Source of the DNA: Oscillospiraceae bacterium
Lineage (GTDB): Bacteria > Bacillota > Clostridia > Oscillospirales > Oscillospiraceae
Assembly: GCA_017622295.1 (NCBI GenBank)
Contig: JAGARK010000074.1
Span: 17,072-81,071, forward strand
DNA: 64,000 nucleotides
Reading direction: 5' to 3'
In this document: positions 1-8,904 of the stretch, in pieces
How the letters are laid out: every line of letters begins with the position of its first letter
How positions within the stretch are numbered: the first letter of the stretch is position 1
Made by a program: the position numbers and the translations under genes
Notes under the pieces: model-generated
Told to the model about the DNA's origin: nothing
The model's database searches: none
What the model saw: only the letters and a program-made list of their open reading frames with translations

Positions 1-842
1 TTGGCACTGTGAGGCCTGAGATTGCTAAGGCGTTGGGCATTTCCGAAAACGTCAAGGTCGCTGCCGGCGCAGGCGACAATGCCGCCGCGGCTGTGGGCAC
101 CGGCGTGGTGGGCGAGGGCGGCTGCAACATCAGCCTCGGTACCTCCGGTACGGTGTTCATTTCATCTGAAACCTTCGGCGTGGACAGCAACAATGCCCTC
201 CATGCCTTCGCCCATGCGGACGGCGGATACCACCTGATGGGCTGTATGCTCTCCGCCGCCAGCTGCAACAAGTGGCTGATGGAGGACATCTACCAAACCG
301 GAGATTACGCCGCCGAGCAGGCGCCCATTTCCGATGACAAGCTGGGCGAAAATCACGTCTACTTCCTGCCCTATCTGATGGGTGAGCGAAGCCCCATCAA
401 CGACACCAATGCCCGGGGTACCTTCATCGGCATGACCATGGATACTTCCCGCGCGGACCTCGTGCAGGCGGTGCTGGAGGGTGTTGCTTATGCCATCCGC
501 GACAGTGTGGAAGTGGCCCGGAGCCTGGGCCTCGTGATCAATTCCGCCCGGATCTGCGGCGGCGGTGCCAAGAGCGAGCTGTGGAAGAAGATACTGGCCA
601 ATGTCCTGAACGCGCAGCTGCAGTGCCTGCCCTCCGAGCAGGGTCCCGGCATGGGCGGCGCCATGCTGGCCATGGTGGCTGCAGGGGAATATGGCAGCGT
701 CAGAGAAGTCTGTGACAAGTTCGTGGAAATCGCCTCCACCGTCAAGCCTGAGCCGGAGTTGGCTGCAAAATATGAAGCTCACTATCAGAAGTTCAGAAAA
801 ATCTACCCCGCCTGCAAGCAGCTGTTTGCAGAGCTGATCTAA
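1..842 (+). CDS. xylB: Xylulokinase (FGGY kinase), 5' truncated by window edge
   Basis: GAGDNAAAAVG, ISLGTSG, FLPYLMGERSP and GGGAKS motifs of FGGY/XylB kinases; frame is open at the window start. Confidence 0.85.
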   Translation, partial: GTVRPEIAKALGISENVKVAAGAGDNAAAAVGTGVVGEGGCNISLGTSGTVFISSETFGVDSNNALHAFAHADGGYHLMGCMLSAASCNKWLMEDIYQTGDYAAEQAPISDDKLGENHVYFLPYLMGERSPINDTNARGTFIGMTMDTSRADLVQAVLEGVAYAIRDSVEVARSLGLVINSARICGGGAKSELWKKILANVLNAQLQCLPSEQGPGMGGAMLAMVAAGEYGSVREVCDKFVEIASTVKPEPELAAKYEAHYQKFRKIYPACKQLFAELI

Positions 843-856
843 AAGGAGAAACAGAT

Positions 857-2329
857 ATGGCTAACATTCCTGACGTAAAGCTCGGCATCATCGCCGTCTC
901 CCGTGACTGCTTCCCCATCGCCTTGAGCACCCAGCGCCGCAAAAACATTGTGGCAGCTTACGGCGAGGGCCTCTATGAGTGCCCCATTACCGTCGAAAAC
1001 GAGTTGGATGCCCTGGCCGCGCTGGAGGATGTGAAGGCCAACGGCGTTAATGCGCTGGTGGTATTTCTGGGCAATTTCGGCCCGGAGACCCCCGAGACCC
1101 TGTTGTGCCAGAAGTTCGATGGTCCTACCATGTACATCGCAGCCGCCGAAGGCGACGGAGATCTGATCAACGGTCGCGGCGACGCCTACTGCGGCGTGCT
1201 GAACTGCTCCTACAATCTGGGTATGCGCCATCTGAAGGCCTACATTCCCGAGTACCCCGTGGGTACCGCCGGGGAATGCGCTGAGATGATCCGCGGCTTC
1301 GTCCCCATTGCCCGGGCCATCATCGGCGTCAGGAATCTGAAGATCATCACCTTCGGCCCCCGGCCCCAGGATTTCTTCGCCTGCAACGCCCCCATCAAGG
1401 GTCTGTATGAGCTGGGCGTGGAGATCGAGGAGAACTCCGAGCTGGACCTGCTGGTCAGCTATAAGGCCCATGCCGGCGACGTCCGGATCCCCGCAGTCAT
1501 TGCCGATATGGAAGCGGAGATGGGCGACCGGCAGATCTACCCTGACCTGCTGGAGCGCATGGCTCAGTTTGAACTGACGCTGCTGGATTGGGCAGAGGCC
1601 CACAAGGGTGCCAGAAAGTATGTGGCATTCGCCGACAAGTGCTGGCCCGCGTTCCCCGAGCAGTTCGGCTTCGAGCCCTGCTATGTCAATTCCCGTCTGG
1701 CTGCCCGGGGCATTCCCGTGGCCTGCGAGGTGGATATTTACGGCGCGCTGAGTGAATACATCGGCGCCTGCATCACCGGCGACGCCGTGACCCTGCTGGA
1801 CATCAATAATTCCGTACCCAAGTACATCTACGACGAGGACATCGCCGGAAAGTGGGGCTATGACATCAAGGATACCTTCATGGGCTTCCACTGCGGCAAT
1901 ACCCCCAGCTGCAAGATGTGCGGCGACTGTGCGGTCAAGTACCAGCTGATCCAGAACCGTCTTCTGGAAAACGGCGGTACTCCCGACATCACCCGAGGCA
2001 CCCTGGAAGGCGACATCGCCTCCGGCGATATCACCTTCTACCGTCTGCAGTGCGATGCTCAGGGTAATCTGCGCGCCTATATCGCCCAGGGCGAGGTCCT
2101 GCCCGTTCCCACCCGCAGCTTCGGCGGCATCGGCATCTTTGCCATCCCCGAAATGGGCCGCTTCTATCGCCATGTGCTGATCCAGAAGGGCTATCCCCAC
2201 CACGGCGCTGTGGCATTTGCTCACTGCGGCAAGACCCTGTTCGAGGTTCTGAAGTACTTCGGCATCTCCGACATTGCCTATAACCAGCCCAGAAATCAGC
2301 CCTACGCCACCGAGAATCCCTGGGCATAA
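857..2329 (+). CDS. L-fucose/L-arabinose isomerase family protein (clostridial XylA-II-like putative xylose isomerase)
   Basis: N-term KLGIIAVSRDCFP, RGDAYCG, CEVDIYG, FHCGN, PHHGA motifs; RBS AAGGAG; follows xylB. Confidence 0.8.
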   Translation: MANIPDVKLGIIAVSRDCFPIALSTQRRKNIVAAYGEGLYECPITVENELDALAALEDVKANGVNALVVFLGNFGPETPETLLCQKFDGPTMYIAAAEGDGDLINGRGDAYCGVLNCSYNLGMRHLKAYIPEYPVGTAGECAEMIRGFVPIARAIIGVRNLKIITFGPRPQDFFACNAPIKGLYELGVEIEENSELDLLVSYKAHAGDVRIPAVIADMEAEMGDRQIYPDLLERMAQFELTLLDWAEAHKGARKYVAFADKCWPAFPEQFGFEPCYVNSRLAARGIPVACEVDIYGALSEYIGACITGDAVTLLDINNSVPKYIYDEDIAGKWGYDIKDTFMGFHCGNTPSCKMCGDCAVKYQLIQNRLLENGGTPDITRGTLEGDIASGDITFYRLQCDAQGNLRAYIAQGEVLPVPTRSFGGIGIFAIPEMGRFYRHVLIQKGYPHHGAVAFAHCGKTLFEVLKYFGISDIAYNQPRNQPYATENPWA

Positions 2330-2340
2330 GTCATAAAATA

Positions 2341-2375
2341 CAAAACCGCCGCCGGAATTCCCGGCGGCGGTTTTG
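2341..2375. terminator. Bidirectional intrinsic terminator
   Basis: CAAAACCGCCGCCGG-AATTC-CCGGCGGCGGTTTTG hairpin between convergent genes. Confidence 0.85.
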
Positions 2376-2378
2376 CTG

Positions 2379-2879
2379 TTATTTCAGTTTGGAGATGTCG
2401 ATGCCTTCGTGACTCAGAAGCCACAGCTTTCTGTCCACTCCGCCGTCATAGCCGGTGAGCTTATTTCCCGCACCCATGACCCGGTGGCAGGGAATGATGA
2501 TGCCAATGGGATTATGCCCCACAGCGCCGCCCACGGCTTGGGCGCAGCCGGTGCCGAGCTCCTTGGCAATGTCACCATAGGTGATCGTCTGTCCGTAGGG
2601 TATCTCCCGGAGAATCTGCCAGACCTGCTGGCGGAAGGGGCTGCCCATCGGGGCAAGGGGGAGATCATCGATGGCGGGCTGTTTTCCCGCGAAATAGTCA
2701 TCCAGCCAGTTCCGCGTCGCGGTAAATACCGGCAGGTCATCCTTTGGGATCATTTCGCCGGTCAGGCTGCTGCAAAAATGCTTCTGCCCCTCCATCCACA
2801 GCCCGATGAGGTTTTCACCGCCACTGGCCATGGTCAGCATTCCCACAGGGGAGGGGTACTCTGTTTTGAAGTATATCAT
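2379..2879 (-). CDS. ogt: Methylated-DNA--protein-cysteine methyltransferase
   Basis: IPYGQTITYG, AVGGAVGHNP and active-site IPCHRV. Confidence 0.95.
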   Translation of the reverse strand: MIYFKTEYPSPVGMLTMASGGENLIGLWMEGQKHFCSSLTGEMIPKDDLPVFTATRNWLDDYFAGKQPAIDDLPLAPMGSPFRQQVWQILREIPYGQTITYGDIAKELGTGCAQAVGGAVGHNPIGIIIPCHRVMGAGNKLTGYDGGVDRKLWLLSHEGIDISKLK

Positions 2880-3829
2880 GCTTTGCTCTCCTGGTTTTCG
2901 GGTTCGCTGTTGCGGATCTGCTCCTCACGGCCCAGGGCGGCCATCAGATCCCGGCGCAGCCGCAGAATCTGGATCACATGATAGTTGGTCACGATGTCCA
3001 GATCGGTGGGATTGTCCAGCTCCCGCTGATCCCGGATAACAGCGCCCAATTCCTCAAGCTGGGCCCGGTTCTTTTCGTTGAGGCGGCCGGGCTTTTTGAT
3101 GTGGGACAGGACGACCATTCGGGCCAGAAGTTCTCTTGCCTTGACCTCGCAGATCCGGAATTCCTCCAGCTCCTGATGCTGCATGCGCATGCGCCGCAGT
3201 AGTTTCTGGTTTTCAAAGATCGTCAGCTGACGCTGCATATCTCCGATTTTGTGGAGCATTCTGTCGGTATCAGGTACCACATCGTCACCGTCAAAGAGAT
3301 CCTCCAGAAAGCGGATCACTTCCTTCTCCAGGCTTTCCACGGTGCCGTGGATCATATTGCTGTTGTCATAGGGGAAGATCAGGGTGTTGATGGCGATGCC
3401 CACACCCAGACCAATGGCGGTATCCCAGATGCGGCCGATGGCGTAGCTGATGGGCTCAATGTCGGCTGTGGTGCACAGCAGCACCACGATGAAGCAGGGA
3501 TTGACGGGGGAGTATGTAATCCGCAGGGCATTATAAAGGGTGATGACCAGCACGATGCCGATGCCCGTTGCCATCAGGGACGGCAGCTTCAGAGCCAGCA
3601 GCAAAACGCCTACCACGCCGCCGAAGATCACGCCGATGATCTGGGCGATGCAGGATTCCCAGGACTCCTTAAAGGTGGGCTGCACCGCCGCCATGGCGCC
3701 CAGCATGGCAAAAATCAGCTTGGAGGATGTGGCACCGAAAAAATCCACGATGATCATGGAAATGATAACAGCCGCCACGGTTTTGATGGTTCGAAGACCG
3801 ATATGGATCCGGCTTCTTTTCTTGCTCAT
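2876..3829 (-). CDS. Aromatic acid exporter / FUSC-family membrane protein
   Basis: IGLRTIKT N-terminal motif, several TM helices, soluble C-terminus; AAAGGAG 8 nt before ATG 3829. Confidence 0.8.
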   Translation of the reverse strand: MSKKRSRIHIGLRTIKTVAAVIISMIIVDFFGATSSKLIFAMLGAMAAVQPTFKESWESCIAQIIGVIFGGVVGVLLLALKLPSLMATGIGIVLVITLYNALRITYSPVNPCFIVVLLCTTADIEPISYAIGRIWDTAIGLGVGIAINTLIFPYDNSNMIHGTVESLEKEVIRFLEDLFDGDDVVPDTDRMLHKIGDMQRQLTIFENQKLLRRMRMQHQELEEFRICEVKARELLARMVVLSHIKKPGRLNEKNRAQLEELGAVIRDQRELDNPTDLDIVTNYHVIQILRLRRDLMAALGREEQIRNSEPENQESKA

Positions 3830-3985
3830 CGCGTTCACTCCTTTGATAAATAATATTAATTATATCACAGATCCCTTTCAGCGTCAAACACTGCCCCTGT
3901 CAGCACCTTGTAATCCCACAGGAAATGATATATAATATTAGCACAAATCCACAAGAAACCCAAAAACAGGACTGGAGGAATTGAC

Positions 3986-4867
3986 ATGACCAAAAATCTG
4001 TCTGCAAAGGCCATCGCTGTGATCAAAAAGATGCAGCAAAACGAACTGACGGAAAGCTACATCTATGAGGCAATCGCAAAATTTGCCAAGGGTGAGGAAA
4101 ACAAGCAGACGCTGCTGCGGCTGGCCCGGGAAGAGCGGGCCCACTACGAGGTCTGGAAGAAATATACCGGCATCGAAATGAAGCCTGAGAAGTTCAAGGT
4201 TTTCAAATTCAAGCTGCTGGCCCGGGTTCTCGGATTTACCTTTGCCGTCAAGCTGATGGAGAGCGGTGAGCAGGGTGCTCAGGATGAGTATGAGCTCCTG
4301 ACTGAGGAAGTGGAAGAGAGCACCCACATCAGACGGGAAGAGGAAGAGCATGAGCAGGCGCTGCTGGGCATGCTGGATGAAGAGCGGCTGCAGTATGTGG
4401 GCAGCATGGTGCTGGGATTGAACGACGCACTGGTGGAGCTGACCGGTTCGCTGGCGGGCTTTGCTTTTGCGCTGCAGAATAACCGGCTGATTGCCCTGTC
4501 CGGCCTGATCGTTGGCATTTCCGCCACCTTTTCCATGGCTTCCAGTGAATTCCTCTCCGCCCGCAGCGAGGGCCGCACCGATGCGCTGAAATCCTGCACC
4601 TACACGGGCACAGCCTATCTGATCACGGTGATCCTGCTGATCGCACCCTATCTGCTGCTGGACAGTTCCATGTACATCGCCGCTCTGATCGCCATGCTGG
4701 CCATTGTGGTTCTGATCATTGCGGGCTTTACCTACTATACCTCCGTTGCCCAGGACCAGCCCTTTAAGTCCCGGTTCCTGGAAATGGCGGTCATCAGCAT
4801 CACGGTGGCAGTTCTGTCCTTCGTGGTGGGTATTTTGGCGAAGAAATTCCTTGGCGTCGATATCTGA
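3986..4867 (+). CDS. Rubrerythrin/ferritin-like domain fused to VIT1/CCC1 transporter (MbfA-like)
   Basis: ExxH motifs (EERAH, EEEH) followed by VIT1 motifs VLGLNDAL and SMASSEFLS with TM helices. Confidence 0.85.
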   Translation: MTKNLSAKAIAVIKKMQQNELTESYIYEAIAKFAKGEENKQTLLRLAREERAHYEVWKKYTGIEMKPEKFKVFKFKLLARVLGFTFAVKLMESGEQGAQDEYELLTEEVEESTHIRREEEEHEQALLGMLDEERLQYVGSMVLGLNDALVELTGSLAGFAFALQNNRLIALSGLIVGISATFSMASSEFLSARSEGRTDALKSCTYTGTAYLITVILLIAPYLLLDSSMYIAALIAMLAIVVLIIAGFTYYTSVAQDQPFKSRFLEMAVISITVAVLSFVVGILAKKFLGVDI

Positions 4868-4875
4868 TCAAACCG

Positions 4876-4909
4876 AAAGAACCATCCGTCGTTAGACGGA
4901 TGGTTCTTT
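4876..4909. terminator. Bidirectional intrinsic terminator
   Basis: AAAGAACCATCCGTC-GTTA-GACGGATGGTTCTTT. Confidence 0.85.
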
Positions 4910-4913
4910 ATTA

Positions 4914-5609
4914 TTACAGGAAGAATTTTCTCTCCATAGTCTCTCTGGCGGGGCGGCAGAGGGCCAGGAAGATCAGCATGATGCCCAGCAGCACCAGGGC
5001 GATCAGCGGATACCAGGACCAGCCCGCAAACCGCAGAGGCTCAAAGGTGAAGCACATCAGATACTCCATCAGAGGCATGAAGGCACCCAGGGCTACGGCG
5101 GCGCCGCCAAAGATGTAGAGCCTGCCCCGGCGCAGATACCGCAGCAGCGCCACCACCGCGGTGACCACCAGAGCGATGAAGCCCACCACCGGGAAGGCAA
5201 AGCTCAGAAACCAGCTTCCGCCGGAGGCCAGATTGATGTACAGAAGGTAGCCCCCGATGGCCGCGAAGCTGCAGGGGACGAAGACCACGGGATTGGGGCG
5301 GCGCAGCCACAGGGGCAGCACCAGCATCACATAGCCAACCAGCAGCGCGCCGATGACATAGCCACACCAGGTGACGGTTTTGTTGATCTGCAGATCGCAC
5401 AGGGCCGTGATGAGGGCGGCCATCAGAAAGGCCGTGGTCAGCACGATCTGGATGGCCCGGGAATTGACCTGAGGGGCAGGCGCCTGATTGGCGGGGAACA
5501 GCCGTTCACCTTCGCCCTGGTGCAGCTCCGGGTGGAACACTACCACGCCGCACAGAGGACACGCTTTCTCAGTGTCGGCAAGCTTTACGCCGCAATTGAT
5601 ACAATACAT
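4914..5609 (-). CDS. Zinc-ribbon membrane protein (DUF6320-like)
   Basis: MYCINCG...CPLCG followed by about 6 TM helices. Confidence 0.7.
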   Translation of the reverse strand: MYCINCGVKLADTEKACPLCGVVVFHPELHQGEGERLFPANQAPAPQVNSRAIQIVLTTAFLMAALITALCDLQINKTVTWCGYVIGALLVGYVMLVLPLWLRRPNPVVFVPCSFAAIGGYLLYINLASGGSWFLSFAFPVVGFIALVVTAVVALLRYLRRGRLYIFGGAAVALGAFMPLMEYLMCFTFEPLRFAGWSWYPLIALVLLGIMLIFLALCRPARETMERKFFL

Positions 5610-5623
5610 GTTGTTCTCCTTTT

Positions 5624-7789
5624 TTACCGATCCGCCCGGTTGCTCTGAACCTCCACAGGGATCCCCATGTCCCGCAGGACGCGGTGGAAATGGTACTCCA
5701 ACTCCGGTTCTTTGATGCTGCGGATGAAATTGATATACAGCGTGCCGCCGTAGGACAGGACGCCGCAGTTATAGGGTGCGCTGGCCTGAACGCCCAGAAT
5801 GAAGTCCAGCCGCTGCACATAGTTTTTCATGATTTCCGGCAGTTGCACCGCGCCGAGATTGGACATGCTCAGGCAGGACTTCCGTTCGCCCACCGCATTA
5901 AAGACCGCCTTCATGACGGCGTTTTTGATGAACAGGGGCATGACCTTTACCGCAATGCTTCGTTCGCTGCCCACATTGGTGGCGATTTTGGTGCTCATGA
6001 CCTTGGGATTGATGTCTAGCCCCATTCGGTGGCGGATGACCTTGCAGATTTCCTCGAAGCTGTACCGGCCCAGCCGGGGATCGATCTCCGGGGTGGTGTA
6101 GAGGGCGAAATTCCGCAGGCTCCGGCTGGGGAAGAGCTTTCGCAGATTCACGGGGATCAGGACCTTGATGGCCTTCCGGCGCAGCCGGTTGGGGACCTTT
6201 TCCTCCTGCAGGTTCTGCAGCGCCTCCATCAGTGCGGCGCACAGGAAATTGGTCAGGCTGACGCCGTATTCATGGGATTTTTCAAGGGCGGCGTCCACGG
6301 GGATCCGGAAGCAGGTCAGATTCAGAAATCCATCCTCCTCCGCCGTTCCGGTGGCACGCCAGGCGTCGGCCTCCTTCCGGCTGGCGCTGACGGGGCCGGC
6401 GTATTTCTGGAAGCTGTCTTCCAGCTCTGCTTCTGAGGGCTCCTCCAGACGGTCCAGAACGCCGTGCTCTGCCGGGATGAAGATGCCGTGCTTCTGCTGG
6501 AGGTATTCGGCGACCAGGGTCTTCAGGAAGACCAGCGCACCGTTTCCGTCGGTAATGGAGTGGAAAATCTCGATGGCGATGCGCTTTTTATACACCAGTA
6601 CACGGATGGCGCACTGGCGCACCTCATCCCGGAGCATCCGGGTCAGGGGATAGCTGCTGTCCTCCCGGACTTCGGGGACCTTGGACAGCTGCTGGACATA
6701 GTACCAGAATACGCCCCGGCGCAGCCGGGCGGCGATGGAGGGGAACCGGCGGACCGTCACATCCAGAGCGGATTGCAGCACCGCCGTATCCACATTTTCC
6801 GTCAGGGTCATGGACAGCCGGAAAACGTTGCTCCAGTGGTTGCTTCTGGCGGCGGGATAGATCTTTGCAGCATTGTCCAGCCGCATCCAGCGCAGCTTCT
6901 TTTCCTGAGACAGATACTTGTTCAGGAACTGATTGATTTTGGTGAAGTCCTTATCGTCTTCGGCAAGGCCGTAGAGCAGGTATCCGTGCCAGCGTTCCGG
7001 AGTGACCACCAGCCTGGACTTGCTGCCGGCGGCCAGGAGCTTTTCGTGGAGCTGGGCGGAATCATCCAGCATGATTTCGTTGCCGCCTACGAAGATCAGA
7101 CTGGGAGGCATCTGGGTCAGATCGCCGAAGAGGGGAGAGACCAGGGGATCTTTCCGGTCTGCGGTGTAGCAGGCGGCGAAGAAATCCAGCTGCTCGATGG
7201 TCATGGAGGGATCCACCTCCCGGTTGCGCTCGTAGGAGGCGCCGGAGGCGGTCAGATCCGTCCAGGGGGAGAGGGCAATGATGCTGCCGGGCAGGGGCAG
7301 ATTCTCCTCCCGGAGCTTCATGCACAGGGCGTAGCACAGTCCGCCGCCGGCGCTCTCGCCGCACAGGCAGATGTGATCCGGGGCATAGCCCTTGGACAGA
7401 AGGTATTTGTAGCTTCCCAGGGCGTCCTCCACCGCAGCGGGGAAGGGGTGCTCCGGAGCCAGGCGGTAGGCGGCGCAGAAGACCTTCACGCCGCAGCGCA
7501 CCGCCAGGGCGGAACCAAAGCCCTTGGCGTATTCCAGGTCGCCGCAGGTGTAGCCGCCGCCGTGGAGGTAGAGGATCACGCCGCTGCGGCGTTCGTCTTT
7601 AGGAAGCATCCAGGCGCCGGAGAAACGCTCAAAACGGTGCTCCCGGGAAAATACCTGATCCCGGCAGCGCAGCTCCATCAGCTCGCCGATTTTGTTCTGA
7701 CCCTTACGGATGGTCTCCAGGGAACAGCTGCGAAGCAATGGCTGCATCATATTGAGTTGTGCGCGTAGGGTTTTTGCGGATATGGGCAT
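5624..7789 (-). CDS. Fusion: HSL-family alpha/beta esterase + alcohol-acetyltransferase/condensation-like acyltransferase
   Basis: HGGGY and GESAGG in the N-half; WMRLDNAAKIYP start and HSITDG (HxxxDG) in the C-half. Confidence 0.8.
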   Translation of the reverse strand: MPISAKTLRAQLNMMQPLLRSCSLETIRKGQNKIGELMELRCRDQVFSREHRFERFSGAWMLPKDERRSGVILYLHGGGYTCGDLEYAKGFGSALAVRCGVKVFCAAYRLAPEHPFPAAVEDALGSYKYLLSKGYAPDHICLCGESAGGGLCYALCMKLREENLPLPGSIIALSPWTDLTASGASYERNREVDPSMTIEQLDFFAACYTADRKDPLVSPLFGDLTQMPPSLIFVGGNEIMLDDSAQLHEKLLAAGSKSRLVVTPERWHGYLLYGLAEDDKDFTKINQFLNKYLSQEKKLRWMRLDNAAKIYPAARSNHWSNVFRLSMTLTENVDTAVLQSALDVTVRRFPSIAARLRRGVFWYYVQQLSKVPEVREDSSYPLTRMLRDEVRQCAIRVLVYKKRIAIEIFHSITDGNGALVFLKTLVAEYLQQKHGIFIPAEHGVLDRLEEPSEAELEDSFQKYAGPVSASRKEADAWRATGTAEEDGFLNLTCFRIPVDAALEKSHEYGVSLTNFLCAALMEALQNLQEEKVPNRLRRKAIKVLIPVNLRKLFPSRSLRNFALYTTPEIDPRLGRYSFEEICKVIRHRMGLDINPKVMSTKIATNVGSERSIAVKVMPLFIKNAVMKAVFNAVGERKSCLSMSNLGAVQLPEIMKNYVQRLDFILGVQASAPYNCGVLSYGGTLYINFIRSIKEPELEYHFHRVLRDMGIPVEVQSNRADR

Positions 7790-7994
7790 GGCAATTTCCT
7801 CTTTAAAATCATTTTCTATATCCTATCATCTCCCGGCCCGGCAGCGCAACCTATTTCTGAAAAAACACTCTACCGCCGGTAGAATCCATGCTCTACCGGA
7901 GAAAATCGGCCCTTTTCCCCAAAATCGATTGACTTTTTTTCCTGTTCTGGTAAAATAACCTGCGATACAACAAAGAGTACAAGGAGGAACCGCC

Positions 7995-8705
7995 ATGAAC
8001 CGTTTGGTAATGATGGTACTTAAAAATATTACCCGGGTCCCGGGCCTGTGGACCAGGCTCTGCCGCTATGCCAAGACCCCTGACAATTACCCCGAGCAGG
8101 AGCGCTACGATCATATCCAGCACATTCTGAAGCTGGCCATCAAGTCCGGCAACATTGAGCTGAAGGTCACCGGTCGGGAGAACATCCCCACAGAGGGCGG
8201 CTTCGTGTTCTATGGCAACCATCAGGGCATGTTTGACGTGCTGGCCATTGTGGCCACCTGCGATATGCCTCTGGGCGCCGTTTTCAAGAAGGAGCTGGCT
8301 GACATTCCGTTTATCAAGCAGATCGTCTCCTGCACCAAGTCCTTTGCCATGGACCGGGAGGATGTGCGTCAGTCCCTGACCGTCATCCAGGCCGTCACCG
8401 AGGAGCTGAAGAAGGGCCGCAGTTACCTGATCTTCCCCGAGGGCACCCGCAGCAAGAACGGCAACCAGATGGGCGACTTCCACGGCGGCAGCTTCCGCTG
8501 CGCGGTGAAGGCCAAGGCACCCATTGTGCCCATCGCTCTGGTGGACTGCTTCAAGGTTCTGGACCAGAAGGGCAGCGCCCCTGTTACGGTGCAGATCCAT
8601 TATCTGAAGCCCATTCCCTACGAGGAATACAAGGACCTGAAGACGGTGGATCTGGCGGCGCTGGTCAAGGCCCGCATTGCCGAGACAATCGAAGCCAATA
8701 TCTGA
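7995..8705 (+). CDS. plsC: 1-acyl-sn-glycerol-3-phosphate acyltransferase
   Basis: NHQGMFD (NHxxxxD) and IFPEGTRS motifs; AAGGAGG RBS. Confidence 0.92.
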   Translation: MNRLVMMVLKNITRVPGLWTRLCRYAKTPDNYPEQERYDHIQHILKLAIKSGNIELKVTGRENIPTEGGFVFYGNHQGMFDVLAIVATCDMPLGAVFKKELADIPFIKQIVSCTKSFAMDREDVRQSLTVIQAVTEELKKGRSYLIFPEGTRSKNGNQMGDFHGGSFRCAVKAKAPIVPIALVDCFKVLDQKGSAPVTVQIHYLKPIPYEEYKDLKTVDLAALVKARIAETIEANI

Positions 8706-8786
8706 TGCCTTTCCCCTCCCCGTGCGGGAGGGGATTTTAATCTGGTGTCTGCGTACCGGTAATTTCAGGAAGATACGCATTGGGGC

Positions 8787-8854
8787 TTGACAAAAGGCCC
8801 TATCTGTGGCAATATGTTGTGTAGGAAGAGAGAAGAAAACACAATATATTGTGT
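8787..8854 (+). promoter_or_regulatory. nrdD promoter with tandem NrdR boxes
   Basis: TTGACA 8787-8792, 17 nt spacer, CAATAT; box 1 TGGCAATATGTTGTGT 8807-8822 and perfect palindrome ACACAATATATTGTGT 8839-8854, 32 bp apart. Confidence 0.85.
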
Positions 8855-8904
8855 TATGTCTACATACCATTTGTAAATTTCTAAAGAAAGTAAGGTCTGC
8901 CATT

